Source: Candidatus Competibacteraceae bacterium (GTDB lineage Bacteria > Pseudomonadota > Gammaproteobacteria > Competibacterales > Competibacteraceae). From it: a DNA stretch of 64,000 bases. The stretch spans positions 3,451-67,450 of the forward strand of contig JAEUPW010000003.1 of NCBI GenBank assembly GCA_016790045.1, written 5' to 3'. The notes beneath the pieces are model-generated. The model searched no databases and was not told the DNA's origin. It worked only from the letters and a program-made list of their open reading frames with translations. A program made the translations under genes and the position numbers. Of the stretch, positions 50,073 to 61,353 are shown piece after piece (the first letter of the stretch is position 1; each line of letters begins with the position of its first letter).

Positions 50073-50626
50073 CAGCCGTTGCCGATCAGCCCAGTTTGCT
50101 GTTGGTGGACGACGACCCCGTTTTTTGCCGGGTGTTGAGTCTCGCCTTGGGGCGGCGCGGCTTTGCCGTCGCCGTCGCGCGCGACGGCGAGAGAGCCTTG
50201 TATCAGGCGCGGGCCGAACCGCCCGATTGCGCCGTGGTGGATCTCAATCTGGACGGCGATTCCGGCTTGCGGTTGATCCCGTCTTTGCTCGCGCTCAATC
50301 CCGCCATCCGCATCGTGGTGCTGACCGGCTACGCCAGCCTGGCGACGGCGGTGGACGCCATCAAACTCGGCGCGATCAACTATTTGGCCAAACCGGCTGA
50401 CGCCGATGAGGTGGTCGCCGCCTTGGCCGCCACCCCAGGCGAGGCGTCCGCGCCGATCAGCCGCCGCCCGCTGAGCGTCAACCGCCTGGAGTGGGAACAT
50501 ATCCAGCGGGTGCTGCGCGACAACGGCGGCAACATCTCCGCCACCGCGCGCCAGTTGGGAATGCACCGCCGCACCTTGCAGCGCAAACTGGCCAAGCGGC
50601 CGGTGAAATTTTCAATCGAATCCTGA
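50069..50626 (+). CDS. regA: RegA/PrrA-type response regulator
   Basis: LLLVDDD, VVDL, LTGYASLATAVDAIKLGA, signature HTH EWEHIQRVL...NISATARQLGMHRRTLQRKL. Confidence 0.93.
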   Translation: MTAVADQPSLLLVDDDPVFCRVLSLALGRRGFAVAVARDGERALYQARAEPPDCAVVDLNLDGDSGLRLIPSLLALNPAIRIVVLTGYASLATAVDAIKLGAINYLAKPADADEVVAALAATPGEASAPISRRPLSVNRLEWEHIQRVLRDNGGNISATARQLGMHRRTLQRKLAKRPVKFSIES

Positions 50627-50749
50627 CGCCCGCGCGGGCGTCACACCAGCCGGATCGAGCGTTCCGCGCCAACGCTTCAAAGCTTGCCAAAATCGAATCG
50701 AACCCCGCGAACCGCGCGCTCGACGAAGCGATCTTCTCGCGGCGCTCGG

Positions 50750-51775
50750 TCAAACCACCACCGGTTCCGGCTCCAGCACCACGCCAAATTCATCCAGCAC
50801 CGATTCCTGGATCGACCGCGCCAGCCGCAACACATCCTGCCCGCGCGCCCCGCCGCGATTGACCAGCACCAGCGCCTGCTTATCGTAAACGCCGACCGCG
50901 CCAAACCACTTGCCTTTCCAGCCGCAGCGCTCGATCAGCCAACCCGCCGCCAGCTTGACCGCGCCGTCCGGCTGCGGGTAATGCGGCGCGCCGGGATAGC
51001 GGGCGATAAACTCGGCGAACGCGGCGGCGTCCACCACCGGATTTTTGAAGAAGCTGCCGGCGTTGCCGATCTGCGCCGGGTCCGGCAGCTTGCGGGAGCG
51101 CACCGCGACGACCGCATCGGCGATCTGCCGCGCGGTCGGCTTTTCGATCTTGGCGGCTTCCAGCTCGCGCGCCAGTTCGGCGTAACCCGTGACGGGCGTC
51201 CAGCGTTTCGGCAGGCGAAACGTCACGCTGGCAATCAAAAAGCGGTTGGCCGCCTCGCGCTTGAAAACGCTGTCCCGATAACCGAACCCGCAAGCGTCGC
51301 GATCGAACGCCCGCAGCTCACCCGTCGCCAGATCAACCGCCTCCAGACCCTGAAACCGCTGCGCCAACTCCAAACCGTAAGCGCCGATATTCTGAATCGG
51401 GGACGCCCCGACCGTGCCGGGGATCAGCGCCAGATTCTCCAAACCCGGCCAACCTTGCTCCAGCGTCCAACAGACAAACTCGTGCCACGGCTCGCCCGCG
51501 CCGGCCCGCACCAGCCACGCCTCTTGATCCTCGCCCACCAGCGCCCGGCCCGGAATCCGCGCGTGCAACACCAGCCCGTCAAAATCGCCGGTCAAAATCA
51601 CGTTGCTGCCGCCGCCCAGCACCAAGCGCTGCAAATAGCGCCATTCCGGCGTCGCGATCAGCGCGGCGAGCCGCTCCAGGCTATCGACGGCGGCAAACCA
51701 CGCGGCGCGGGCCGGCAGGCCGAAGGTGTTCAGCCGGTGCAGCCGGATGTCGCGCTGAAACAAAACGGAGGACAC
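50750..51775 (-). CDS. murB: UDP-N-acetylenolpyruvoylglucosamine reductase
   Basis: [61 protein letters not shown] 51775 with GGGAG RBS. Confidence 0.95.
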   Translation of the reverse strand: MSSVLFQRDIRLHRLNTFGLPARAAWFAAVDSLERLAALIATPEWRYLQRLVLGGGSNVILTGDFDGLVLHARIPGRALVGEDQEAWLVRAGAGEPWHEFVCWTLEQGWPGLENLALIPGTVGASPIQNIGAYGLELAQRFQGLEAVDLATGELRAFDRDACGFGYRDSVFKREAANRFLIASVTFRLPKRWTPVTGYAELARELEAAKIEKPTARQIADAVVAVRSRKLPDPAQIGNAGSFFKNPVVDAAAFAEFIARYPGAPHYPQPDGAVKLAAGWLIERCGWKGKWFGAVGVYDKQALVLVNRGGARGQDVLRLARSIQESVLDEFGVVLEPEPVVV

Positions 51776-51786
51776 GGGCGTCTCCC

Positions 51787-52824
51787 TCAATTCAGCGAGT
51801 GTTCCAGATCGTCGATGAATTGATCGACCGCCTCGCGGGGGGTATTCCAAGAGCACATCAAGCGGGCTCCGCCGACGCCGATGAAGGTGTAGAACTGCCA
51901 GCCCTTGGCCCGCAGCGCCTCGATCGCCGGCGGCGGCAATTCCAGAAACACCGAATTGGCTTGACGCGGAAACATCAGGCGCGGACCCACCATGGCGCTC
52001 AAACGCCGTTCGAGATAAGCGGCCATCTCGTTGGCTTGGCGGGCGTTGCGCAGCCACGCGCCGGTTTCCAGCAACCCGAGCCAGGGCGCGGCGATGAAGC
52101 GCATCTTGGAGGCCAGTTGCCCGGCCTGCTTGCAGCGATAGGCGAAATCGGCCGCCAGTTCCCGGTCGAAAAACAAGATCGCCTCGCCCACCGCCATGCC
52201 GTTCTTGGTCCCGCCCAAACACAAGACGTCGATGCCGGCTTGCCAGGTCGCCTGGGCCGGCGTCCGCTCCAACGTGACCAGCGCGTTGGCGAAACGCGCG
52301 CCGTCCATGTGCATTTTCAGGCGGTGGCGGTCGGCCAATTCGCGCAGGGCGTGCAACTCCTCCACGCCGTACACCGTCCCCAATTCGGTCGCCTGGGTGA
52401 CGCTGACCACCTTGGGCTTGGGGTAGTGAATGTCGGAGCGCCGCACGATCAGCCGCTCCACGTCTTCCGGATCGAGCTTGCCGCGCTCGCCCTTGGCCAG
52501 CAGCAGCTTGGAGCCGTTGGAGGCGAATTCCGGCCCGCCGCATTCGTCGGTTTCGATGTGGGCGGTTTCGTGGCAGATCACGCTGTGATAGGACTGGCAC
52601 AGCGCGGCCAGCGACAGCGAATTGGCCGCCGTGCCGTTGAAGACGAAAAACACTTCGCAATCGGTTTCGAACAGCTCGCGGAAGCGGTCGGCGGCGCGCT
52701 GGGTCCAACTGTCGTTGCCGTAAGCGGGCGCGTCGCCCCGATTGGCCGCCAGCAGATACTCCAGGGCTTCAGGGCAAACGCCGGAATAGTTATCGCTGGC
52801 GAACTGGCGGATCGGCTCGGACAT
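51787..52824 (-). CDS. ltaE: Low-specificity L-threonine aldolase
   Basis: [45 protein letters not shown]. Confidence 0.9.
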   Translation of the reverse strand: MSEPIRQFASDNYSGVCPEALEYLLAANRGDAPAYGNDSWTQRAADRFRELFETDCEVFFVFNGTAANSLSLAALCQSYHSVICHETAHIETDECGGPEFASNGSKLLLAKGERGKLDPEDVERLIVRRSDIHYPKPKVVSVTQATELGTVYGVEELHALRELADRHRLKMHMDGARFANALVTLERTPAQATWQAGIDVLCLGGTKNGMAVGEAILFFDRELAADFAYRCKQAGQLASKMRFIAAPWLGLLETGAWLRNARQANEMAAYLERRLSAMVGPRLMFPRQANSVFLELPPPAIEALRAKGWQFYTFIGVGGARLMCSWNTPREAVDQFIDDLEHSLN

Positions 52825-52907
52825 GGCGGATCTCGGGGCGGCGGGAGTGGACTGAAAGTAACTCGACTCCGCAAAAGGGCGCAAGGCGTCAGGAGACTTG
52901 CGCCCAT

Positions 52908-52932
52908 AAAAAAACCCGCCGCGAGGGCGGGG
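52908..52932 (-). terminator. Intrinsic terminator of rpoH
   Basis: Minus strand CCCGCC-CTCGC-GGCGGG followed by T7, just after the rpoH stop. Confidence 0.85.
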
Positions 52933-52948
52933 TGTCAAACGCTCGTGC

Positions 52949-53830
52949 TCAGGCGGCGGGCAGGCTCGCCCGCAATTTTTTCATGGCGTTGTTTTCCAGT
53001 TGCCGGATCCGTTCGGCAGACACGTTATATTCGGCGGCCAGCTCGTGCAGGGTCGGCTTGTCGTCGTCCAGCCAGCGGCGCTGCACGATGGCGCGGCTGC
53101 GCGGGTCCAGGCGCTCCAGCGCCTCGCTCAGCCGGGCGGTGGTCTGATCTTCCCAGTCGTCCTGTTCCAGCGCGTCGGCCGGGTCGGCCTGTTCGTCTCG
53201 CAGGTAGGCCGACGGCGTGTAGCTTTCGTGCTCGTCCTCGCTGTCGCTTTCCGGCGCCGGATCGAACGACACGTCATAACCGCTCAGCCGCGATTCCATT
53301 TCCAAAACCGCCTCGGAGCTCACGCCCAGCTCGCGGGCGACGGTGTCGACTTCCTCGCCGTTCAACCAGCCCAAGCGCTTCTTGGCGCCGCGCAGCTTGA
53401 AAAACAGCTTGCGCTGGGCCTTGGTGGTGGCGACCTTCACGATCCGCCAGTTGCGCAGGATGAACTCGTGAATCTCCGCCCGAATCCAGTGGACCGCGAA
53501 CGACACCAAGCGCACCCCGTGCGCGGGATCGAAACGTTTGACCGCCTTCATCAGGCCGACGTTCCCTTCCTGCACCAGATCGCCCAAAGGCAAACCGTAA
53601 CCGGTGTAACCGCGCGCGATGTGCACCACGAAACGCAAGTGCGCCACGATCAGCCGTTGCGCCGCCGCCAAGTCGTTCTGCAACCGCAACCGCCGGGCGA
53701 GTTCTTGCTCGTCCTCGACGCTTAAAACCGGCACTTGGTTGACCGCCTGAATATAGCTGTCCAGGCTGTCGACCGGAGCCGGCAAATGTTGCAAGTGGGG
53801 AACCAGCGCGGTGGTCATCGTCTTCGTCAT
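52949..53830 (-). CDS. rpoH: RNA polymerase sigma-32 factor
   Basis: [22 protein letters not shown], RpoH box [18 protein letters not shown]. Confidence 0.96.
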   Translation of the reverse strand: MTKTMTTALVPHLQHLPAPVDSLDSYIQAVNQVPVLSVEDEQELARRLRLQNDLAAAQRLIVAHLRFVVHIARGYTGYGLPLGDLVQEGNVGLMKAVKRFDPAHGVRLVSFAVHWIRAEIHEFILRNWRIVKVATTKAQRKLFFKLRGAKKRLGWLNGEEVDTVARELGVSSEAVLEMESRLSGYDVSFDPAPESDSEDEHESYTPSAYLRDEQADPADALEQDDWEDQTTARLSEALERLDPRSRAIVQRRWLDDDKPTLHELAAEYNVSAERIRQLENNAMKKLRASLPAA

Positions 53831-53868
53831 GCATCCCTCCCAACCGTCAAAACATTACAGTATTCATT

Positions 53869-53895
53869 TTAGCACTCTAGAACTCAGAGTGCCAA
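53869..53895. promoter_or_regulatory. CIRCE element (HrcA operator) upstream of rpoH
   Basis: TTAGCACTC-TAGAACTCA-GAGTGCCAA, one mismatch to TTAGCACTC-N9-GAGTGCTAA. Confidence 0.9.
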
Positions 53896-53913
53896 ATCCG
53901 CCAAAAGTTTCGC

Positions 53914-54984
53914 TCAGGCGTCGGCTTCATCGTCCAGCAAGGCGACCACAAATTCGTCCGCGTCAAACGGGCGCAAGTCCTCGATCCCCTCGCCGACGCC
54001 GATAAAGCGGATCGGCAACTCCAGCCGCCGGGCGATGGCGAAGACGATGCCACCCTTGGCGGTCCCATCGAGCTTGGTCAGGATCAAGCCGGTCACCCCG
54101 ACCGCCTCGTGGAATTGCACGGCCTGATTCAAGGCGTTCTGGCCGGTGCTGGCGTCCACCACCAGCAGCACTTCGTGCGGGGCTTCGGCGTCGACTTTGG
54201 CCGCGACCCGCTTGATCTTCTTCAATTCTTCCATCAGGTTCGACTGGGTGTGCAGGCGGCCGGCGGTATCGGCGATCACCACGTCCACCTGCCGGGCCTT
54301 GGCGGCCTGGATCGCGTCATAAATCACCGAGGCGGAATCCGCCCCGCTTTGCTGGGCGATCACCGGGATGCGGTTGCGCTCGCCCCACACCTGCAACTGT
54401 TCGACGGCGGCGGCGCGAAAGGTGTCGCCGGCCGCCAGCACCACCGACAGCCCGTCGCGTTGCAGTTTCTTGGCCAGCTTGCCGATGGTGGTGGTCTTGC
54501 CGACGCCGTTGACCCCGACCGTCAAGATGACATAAGGCCGGGAGTCGCTGGGCCGCCACGGCTGTTGACACGGCGCGAGAATCCCCAACAATTCCTCGCG
54601 CAGCGCCTCGATCAAGGCCGGTATGTCGTTGAGCTGGCGGCGCGAGACCCGCTCGGTCAGGCGTTTCATCAAGTGCTGGGTGACCTCGACCCCGACATCG
54701 GCCAGCAGCAAGCGGCTTTCCAGCTCTTCCAGGGTCTCGTCGTCCAGCTTGCGGCCGGCGAACAAGCCGGCCAAGCCGCCGACCAGCCCCTGACGGGTGC
54801 GCCGCAACCGCTCGCGCAGGTTGGAAAACGGCATGATCGGCTCGGCCGGGGCTTCCGTCGCGCGCTCCCGGCGAAACGGCAGATGAAGCGGCCGGTTCAA
54901 GACCTCGAACAGGCTGGCTTTTTTGCGCGCTGGCGCGTCGTACGCGCCGGACGGCGAGCGGGAATCAGGTTTGGGTTCGGACAT
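53914..54984 (-). CDS. ftsY: SRP receptor FtsY
   Basis: [31 protein letters not shown]. Confidence 0.96.
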   Translation of the reverse strand: MSEPKPDSRSPSGAYDAPARKKASLFEVLNRPLHLPFRRERATEAPAEPIMPFSNLRERLRRTRQGLVGGLAGLFAGRKLDDETLEELESRLLLADVGVEVTQHLMKRLTERVSRRQLNDIPALIEALREELLGILAPCQQPWRPSDSRPYVILTVGVNGVGKTTTIGKLAKKLQRDGLSVVLAAGDTFRAAAVEQLQVWGERNRIPVIAQQSGADSASVIYDAIQAAKARQVDVVIADTAGRLHTQSNLMEELKKIKRVAAKVDAEAPHEVLLVVDASTGQNALNQAVQFHEAVGVTGLILTKLDGTAKGGIVFAIARRLELPIRFIGVGEGIEDLRPFDADEFVVALLDDEADA

Positions 54985-55078
54985 AAAGCGGCAAATTGAC
55001 CGATATACTGATAAGTGTTGGAACTTATCGTACCATTTTAGTCTGTTTTAAGCAGGCCTTCAGTCAACGATCGAGATC

Positions 55079-56452
55079 ATGCCCACTTATCGCAAATCGT
55101 TCTTAGCCGTTTTGTTGTTCGCGCCCGCCGCCTTCGCGGCCGCGCCCGTCCACGAGTTCAATCTCGCCAACGGCCTGAAAGTGCTGGTGCGCGAGGACCG
55201 GCGCGCGCCGGTGGTCGTCTCGCAAATCTGGTACAAGGTCGGTTCCAGCTACGAGCCGAGCGGGCTGACCGGCATCTCTCACCTTTTGGAACACCTGATG
55301 TTCAAGGGCACGACCGAGGTGCCGGGCGGCGAATTTTCCCGCTTGATCGCGGCCAACGGCGGCGACGAAAACGCGTTTACCAGCCGCGACTACACCGCCT
55401 ATTTTCAGACTCTGGAAAAAGAGCGGCTGGAGCTGAGCTTCCGGCTGGAAGCCGACCGGATGCGCCATCTCGTATTGAAGCCGGACGATGTGAGCAAGGA
55501 AGCGCAAGTGGTGGCCGAGGAGCGCCGGCTGCGCACCGAGGACCAGCCCGAAGCGCTGACGCAGGAACAATTCCTGGCCGCAGCCTACGTCACCAGCTCC
55601 TATCGCCAGCCGATCATCGGCTGGATGCAAGACCTGCAAGCCATCAAGCCGGACGATCTGCGCCGCTGGTACCAGCAATGGTATGCCCCCAACAACGCCA
55701 CGCTGGTCGTCGTGGGCGATGTCGATCCGGGCAAGGTGCGCGAGCTGGCGGAGAAGCATTTTGGCCCGCTGCAAGCGAGCGAGCTCGCGCCGCCCAAGGC
55801 GTCGGCGGAAATCCCGCAACAGGGCGAACGGCGGATCGTGGTCAAAACCCCGGCCGAGGTGCCCTACGTCACCTTGGGCTACAAAACGCCGACCTTCAAA
55901 ACCGCCGCCGAGGCGTGGGAACCCTATGCGCTGGACGTGCTGGGCGGCATTCTCGACGCCGGTTCCAGCGCCCGGCTCAGCCGGAACCTGATTCGCGGCA
56001 GCCAAGTCGCCGCCGCCGCCGGGGCCGGCTACAGCCCCACCGCCCGGCTCGACGAGCTGTTCGTGCTGGCCGGCAACCCCGCGCCCGGCCGCACTAACGC
56101 GGACTTGGAGCAAGCCCTGCGCGCCGAGGTGGCGCGGCTGCGCGAGGAACTGGTCAGCGCCGAGGAACTGGCGCGAGTGGTCGCGCAAGTGGTGGCCGCC
56201 GAGGTTTACCAGCAGGATTCGCTGTTCTATCAGGCGATGCGCCTGGGCACCTTGGAAACGGTCGGCTTGGGTTGGAACAAGCTCGACGACTACGTGCAAC
56301 GCATTCAGGCGGTCACGCCCGAACAGGTCCGCGACGTCGCCCGCAAATACCTGATCGACGACCGACTGACCGTGGCGACGCTGGAACCGCTACCGCTGGA
56401 TGGCCGCCGCCCGAAAGCGCCCGCCGCCGCGCTGGACCACGCGATCCGTTGA
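55079..56452 (+). CDS. M16 zinc peptidase, catalytic subunit
   Basis: Signal peptide, inverted zinc motif HLLEH, NAFTS, WYAPNNA. Confidence 0.92.
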   Translation: MPTYRKSFLAVLLFAPAAFAAAPVHEFNLANGLKVLVREDRRAPVVVSQIWYKVGSSYEPSGLTGISHLLEHLMFKGTTEVPGGEFSRLIAANGGDENAFTSRDYTAYFQTLEKERLELSFRLEADRMRHLVLKPDDVSKEAQVVAEERRLRTEDQPEALTQEQFLAAAYVTSSYRQPIIGWMQDLQAIKPDDLRRWYQQWYAPNNATLVVVGDVDPGKVRELAEKHFGPLQASELAPPKASAEIPQQGERRIVVKTPAEVPYVTLGYKTPTFKTAAEAWEPYALDVLGGILDAGSSARLSRNLIRGSQVAAAAGAGYSPTARLDELFVLAGNPAPGRTNADLEQALRAEVARLREELVSAEELARVVAQVVAAEVYQQDSLFYQAMRLGTLETVGLGWNKLDDYVQRIQAVTPEQVRDVARKYLIDDRLTVATLEPLPLDGRRPKAPAAALDHAIR

Positions 56453-56501
56453 GCCTTGACCCCATGCGCCGTCGCCGTCAGCGGACGGAAGACGGCCGAG
56501 G

Positions 56502-57866
56502 ATGCCCTTTATCATGCTTTATCCGAAATCTCTGTTAACCGGCGTTCTAGCCGCCGTCGCGCTGCTGGCTTCCAGCTTGGCCGCCGCCGTGCCCGCCATC
56601 CAAAACTGGCGCACCGGCAACGGCGTGCCGGTTTATTTCATTCCCGCGCGCGAATTGCCGATGGTGGACGCGCAAATTCTGTTCAACGCCGGCTCGATCC
56701 GCGACGGCGAGCGACCCGGTCTGGCGAAACTGACCAACGCCTTGCTGGAAGAAGGCGCGGGCGACTGGTCGGCCGACGCCATCGCCGACCGCTTGGACCA
56801 AGTCGGCGCGCGCTTGAGCATCGGCTCGCGCCGGGATTCCGCCTCGGTCGCCTTGCGCAGTCTGGTCGATCCGCGCTACCTGCAACCCGCCGTCGAAACC
56901 GTCACCCGGCTGCTGAAGGAGCCGAGCTTCGCGCCGGACGCCGTGGAGCGAGTCCGCCAGCAGATGCTGACGGCGCTGCGCGAGCGCGCCCAATCGCCCG
57001 GCCTGATCGCTCAGGACACGTTCTTTATGGCGCTCTACGGCGCTCACCCTTACGGTTCGCCGCCCGAGGGCACGCCGGCCAGCCTCAGCGCCCTCGACCG
57101 CGCTGCCGTTCAAGATTTTCATCGGCGCTACTACACCGCCGCCAACGCGGTGGTCGCCATCGTCGGCGATCTGGACCGGCCGGCCGCCGAGCGTTTGGCC
57201 GAAAATTTGGTCGGCGGGCTAGCCAAAGGCGAGGCCGCGCCGCCGGTTCCCGCGCCGCCGGCCCCGAGCCCTCAAACCATCCGCGTTCCCCATCCCTCCA
57301 GCCAAAGCCACCTCCTGATCGGCCAGCTCGGCGTCAAGCGCGCCGATCCCGATTACTACGCGCTGTTTCTCGGCAACCACGTCTTGGGCGGCAACGGCTT
57401 GGTCTCCCAACTGTCGCAGGAAATCCGCGAGAAACGCGGCTTGGCCTACGGGGCCTATAGCGCCTTTTCGCCGATGCAGCAGGCCGGACCTTTTTTGATC
57501 AATCTGCAAACCCGCAACGATCAGGTGGATACCGCCTTGCAAGTGGCGCAAACCACTTTGCGGGAATTCACCGCCAACGGCCCGGACCCCAAAGCCTTGG
57601 AAGAGGCCCGCCAAAACATCACCGGCGGCTTCGCCCTCGATTTGGCTGGCAACGGCAAGCTGACCGGCGCGCTGGGCGCCATCGCCTTCCACGGGTTGCC
57701 GCTGGATTATTTGCAAAACTACATCGCCATGATGAACGGCATCACCCTGGACCAAGTGAAATCCGCCTGGCAGCGGCGCGTGCAACCGGACCAGCTCATC
57801 ACGGTGATCGTCGGCGGCGCGCCGCCCGCGCCTCCGGGCGAGCCGAAGCGGCCCGCCGGCTCATGA
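56502..57866 (+). CDS. M16 peptidase, non-catalytic partner subunit
   Basis: M16 fold without HxxEH (KLTNA at that position), IREKRGLAY. Confidence 0.88.
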   Translation: MPFIMLYPKSLLTGVLAAVALLASSLAAAVPAIQNWRTGNGVPVYFIPARELPMVDAQILFNAGSIRDGERPGLAKLTNALLEEGAGDWSADAIADRLDQVGARLSIGSRRDSASVALRSLVDPRYLQPAVETVTRLLKEPSFAPDAVERVRQQMLTALRERAQSPGLIAQDTFFMALYGAHPYGSPPEGTPASLSALDRAAVQDFHRRYYTAANAVVAIVGDLDRPAAERLAENLVGGLAKGEAAPPVPAPPAPSPQTIRVPHPSSQSHLLIGQLGVKRADPDYYALFLGNHVLGGNGLVSQLSQEIREKRGLAYGAYSAFSPMQQAGPFLINLQTRNDQVDTALQVAQTTLREFTANGPDPKALEEARQNITGGFALDLAGNGKLTGALGAIAFHGLPLDYLQNYIAMMNGITLDQVKSAWQRRVQPDQLITVIVGGAPPAPPGEPKRPAGS

Positions 57867-58474
57867 GCCGAGGCGGCCGCCCCAGCCAACTGCGCGTCAT
57901 CGGCGGCCGGTGGCGGGGCCGCCGCCTCCCGTTCCCCGATCTGCCCGGCCTGCGCCCGACGCCGGACCGGGTGCGCGAAACGCTGTTTAACTGGCTCGCT
58001 CCGGTGCTGCCCGGCGCCCGCTGCCTGGATTTGTTCGCCGGCAGCGGCGCGCTCGGCATCGAGGCGCTGTCGCGCGGCGCGGCGGAAGCGGTGTTCGTCG
58101 AGCGCCATCCGGCGGCGGTTGAAGCCCTGCGCGATAACCTGGCGCGCTTGCAAGCCCAAAACGCCCGCGTGGAACGGGCTGAAGCGTTGAACTGGTTGTG
58201 TCAAGCCGCGACGCCCTTCGAGATCGTGTTGCTCGATCCGCCGTTCGAACAGGCGCTGCTCGAACCGGTTTGCCAGGGGCTCGAACGCGGCGGCTGGCTG
58301 GCTCCGAGCGCTTGGGTTTACCTGGAGGCGGAAACGGCGCTGGCGCTGGCGCCGCCAGCCCACTGGTCGATCTTAAAAGACAAGACCGCCGGGGCAGTCC
58401 GCTATCGGCTGGCGCGGCGCGACATCGACCGCGACGGCGAGGCCGGAGCGGTCGCGCCCGAGACCGCTTGCTGA
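57863..58474 (+). CDS. rsmD: 16S rRNA m2G966 methyltransferase
   Basis: LRVIGGRWRGR, RPTPDRVRETLFNWL, DLFAGSGALG, LDPPF. Confidence 0.95.
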   Translation: MSRGGRPSQLRVIGGRWRGRRLPFPDLPGLRPTPDRVRETLFNWLAPVLPGARCLDLFAGSGALGIEALSRGAAEAVFVERHPAAVEALRDNLARLQAQNARVERAEALNWLCQAATPFEIVLLDPPFEQALLEPVCQGLERGGWLAPSAWVYLEAETALALAPPAHWSILKDKTAGAVRYRLARRDIDRDGEAGAVAPETAC

Positions 58475-58518
58475 ACGCCGGCTGAACGGTTAGCCTTGCC
58501 GTGTGCCATTTCCGATAA

Positions 58519-59040
<522 letters not shown>

Positions 59041-59053
59041 TGGATTAAAATAG

Positions 59054-59404
<351 letters not shown>

Positions 59405-59674
59405 GCGAGGGCGGTCGCCCCGTCGCCGCATCGGGGCCAGAGGGGTCCGGTGCGCTCATCGTCTGCCCGCCCGGCCGGGTTTTCGAGGGCGCGAGTTCCA
59501 GGCCCGAAAGCGTTCCGGCCAGAGCGTTGCGAGACGGGCCGCGCGATTCCGCGCAGCGGCGCGGGATAGCTCGCCACGGCGGGCAACGGCCCGTTGCCGA
59601 GCGCGGGCGTCCCTGAAAGGCGGCGGGCGGGGCGTCTCGTTCGAGCCTCCAGAATCCAGCAGAGAGCATCGTCG

Positions 59675-60334
59675 ATGGACGTTCAACGACAATCGGGAAC
59701 CCGCGTGTTGCTGGCCGGCGCGACCGGGCTGGTGGGCGGTCATTGCTTGCGCCAATTGCTGGCCGATGCGGACATCGGTCACGTCGCCGCGCTTTCGCGC
59801 CGGCCGCTCGAATCGACTCACCCGAAGCTCAACGTTCAGGTCGTGGACTTCGAGCGCCTGCGCGAACAAGCCGGCGCCATCGAAGCGGACGCCGCGCTCT
59901 GCTGTCTGGGCACCACCTACCGGGCGAGCGGTTCGCCGGAAGCCTTCGCCAAGGTCGATCACATCTATGTCGTCGAGCTGGCCAAACTGGCCGCCGCGCG
60001 CGGCGTTTCTCGCTTCGTGCTGGTGTCGGCGGTCGGCGCGGACGCCAGTTCGCCGATGTTTTACAACCGGCTTAAGGGACGCGCCGAAGCCGAGATCAGC
60101 GATCTGCCGTTTGCGGCCGTCCACCTGTTGCGGCCTTCGCTGCTGCTGGGCGAACGGGCCGAACCCCGGCCGATCGAGGATTGGAGCAAACAGATGGCTC
60201 CTTTCTGGTCGCTGTTCGCCTGGGGGCCTTTCAGCGCCTATCGGCCGGTGCAGGCCGAAGCTGTCGCGGCCAAGATGGTGGAACTGGCGAAAAGCCGTTC
60301 GGAAGGCATCCACGTCCACTATTTCAAAAGCTGA
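59675..60334 (+). CDS. NAD(P)-binding oxidoreductase (YraR/TIP30-like atypical SDR)
   Basis: GATGLVG, CCLGTT, VSAVGA, YNRLKG, RPSLLLG. Confidence 0.85.
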   Translation: MDVQRQSGTRVLLAGATGLVGGHCLRQLLADADIGHVAALSRRPLESTHPKLNVQVVDFERLREQAGAIEADAALCCLGTTYRASGSPEAFAKVDHIYVVELAKLAAARGVSRFVLVSAVGADASSPMFYNRLKGRAEAEISDLPFAAVHLLRPSLLLGERAEPRPIEDWSKQMAPFWSLFAWGPFSAYRPVQAEAVAAKMVELAKSRSEGIHVHYFKS

Positions 60335-60339
60335 GCCGA

Positions 60340-61305
60340 ATGGCGCCCATCGACCAGCATCCCCGATCCCCGTGGCGACGGGCGACGCGAGCGCTGCTCG
60401 CGGTGGCGGTTTTGGGGCTAGCGGCGGTCTCTGCTGCAACCGCCAAAAAACTCTACAAATACCAGGACGCTTCCGGGGCCTGGATTTACACCGACAAACC
60501 GCCCGCCGCCGATGTCAAGGCCGAGGTGCGCCCGTTGCCGGTCAGCGAACTGCCGGCCCGGATCAGCATTCGCAACCGCGGCGCGCCCGACGCGCCGATC
60601 CTGGCGGTGGTCAACGACTATTACGGCCCGGTCGAGGTCGAAATCAGCGGCGAGGGGCTGGAAAACATGCGCGCCGAACCGCCCTTGCCGGTGCGGGTCG
60701 TGGCTGCGGCCCGCGCGGAAACGCCGGCGGTGACCCTGAAACCGACCGGCGCGCGCTGGCGCTACGGTTATCGGGTTCGGGCGGTCCTGGGGGATCCGGC
60801 CGCCAACCATCAGCCGGAACAACCTTACGCGCCGCCGTTCGCTTCCGGGCAACGCTTCGTCATCGGCCAAGCCTTCGATGGCGCGTTCAGTCACCGGCAC
60901 CCGCAAAGCCGTCACGCGGTCGATCTTTCCCTGCCGCTGGGCACGCCGGTTCGCGCCGCCCGAGCGGGCGTCATCATGGATGTGGCGGGGGATTTCTTCG
61001 ACGGCGGGACCGATCCCAAATACCAGACCCGCGCCAACGCGGTGAGAGTCCTGCACGCGGACGGCACCATGGCGATATACGGGCATCTGCACCCCGATTC
61101 GATCCGGGTGGCCTCCGGCCAGCGCGTGGAGCGCGGGACCTGGCTGGCCAATTCCGGCAACACCGGTTTTTCCACCGGCCCGCACCTGCACTTCGCGATC
61201 CAGCGCAACGCCGGCATGGAACTGGTGTCGGTTCCCTTCGAGTTTAGCGGCGCTGATGGGCGCGGCGTCATCCCGGTCGCGGGCTCGCTGCTGGCCGCGC
61301 CGTGA
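60340..61305 (+). CDS. M23 family metallopeptidase with N-terminal DUF4124-like domain
   Basis: Signal/TM segment, LYKYQDASGAWIYTDKP, HAVD, GTPVRAAR, YGHL, GFSTGPHLHF. Confidence 0.88.
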   Translation: MAPIDQHPRSPWRRATRALLAVAVLGLAAVSAATAKKLYKYQDASGAWIYTDKPPAADVKAEVRPLPVSELPARISIRNRGAPDAPILAVVNDYYGPVEVEISGEGLENMRAEPPLPVRVVAAARAETPAVTLKPTGARWRYGYRVRAVLGDPAANHQPEQPYAPPFASGQRFVIGQAFDGAFSHRHPQSRHAVDLSLPLGTPVRAARAGVIMDVAGDFFDGGTDPKYQTRANAVRVLHADGTMAIYGHLHPDSIRVASGQRVERGTWLANSGNTGFSTGPHLHFAIQRNAGMELVSVPFEFSGADGRGVIPVAGSLLAAP

Positions 61306-61353
61306 GTCCGCCCGCAGTCTTGCTCGGCTGGCGCAATGGGCGCCGCAATTCCC

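Noticed and set aside
48905-50626. Apparent 573-aa fusion ending in RegA (likewise 3628-5424 for hom and 45017-45784 for exbB)
   Set aside because: Upstream parts are off-frame readings of the preceding genes. True starts overlap the upstream stop codons.
50750-52708. Apparent 652-aa extended MurB
   Set aside because: The N-terminal half is an alternative frame over ltaE. MurB starts at GTG 51775 with its own RBS.
59405-59674. GC-rich spacer with hairpins (e.g. GGCAACGG-C-CCGTTGCC)
   Set aside because: No recognisable RNA family, no repeat elsewhere in the window, and hairpins are expected at this GC content.
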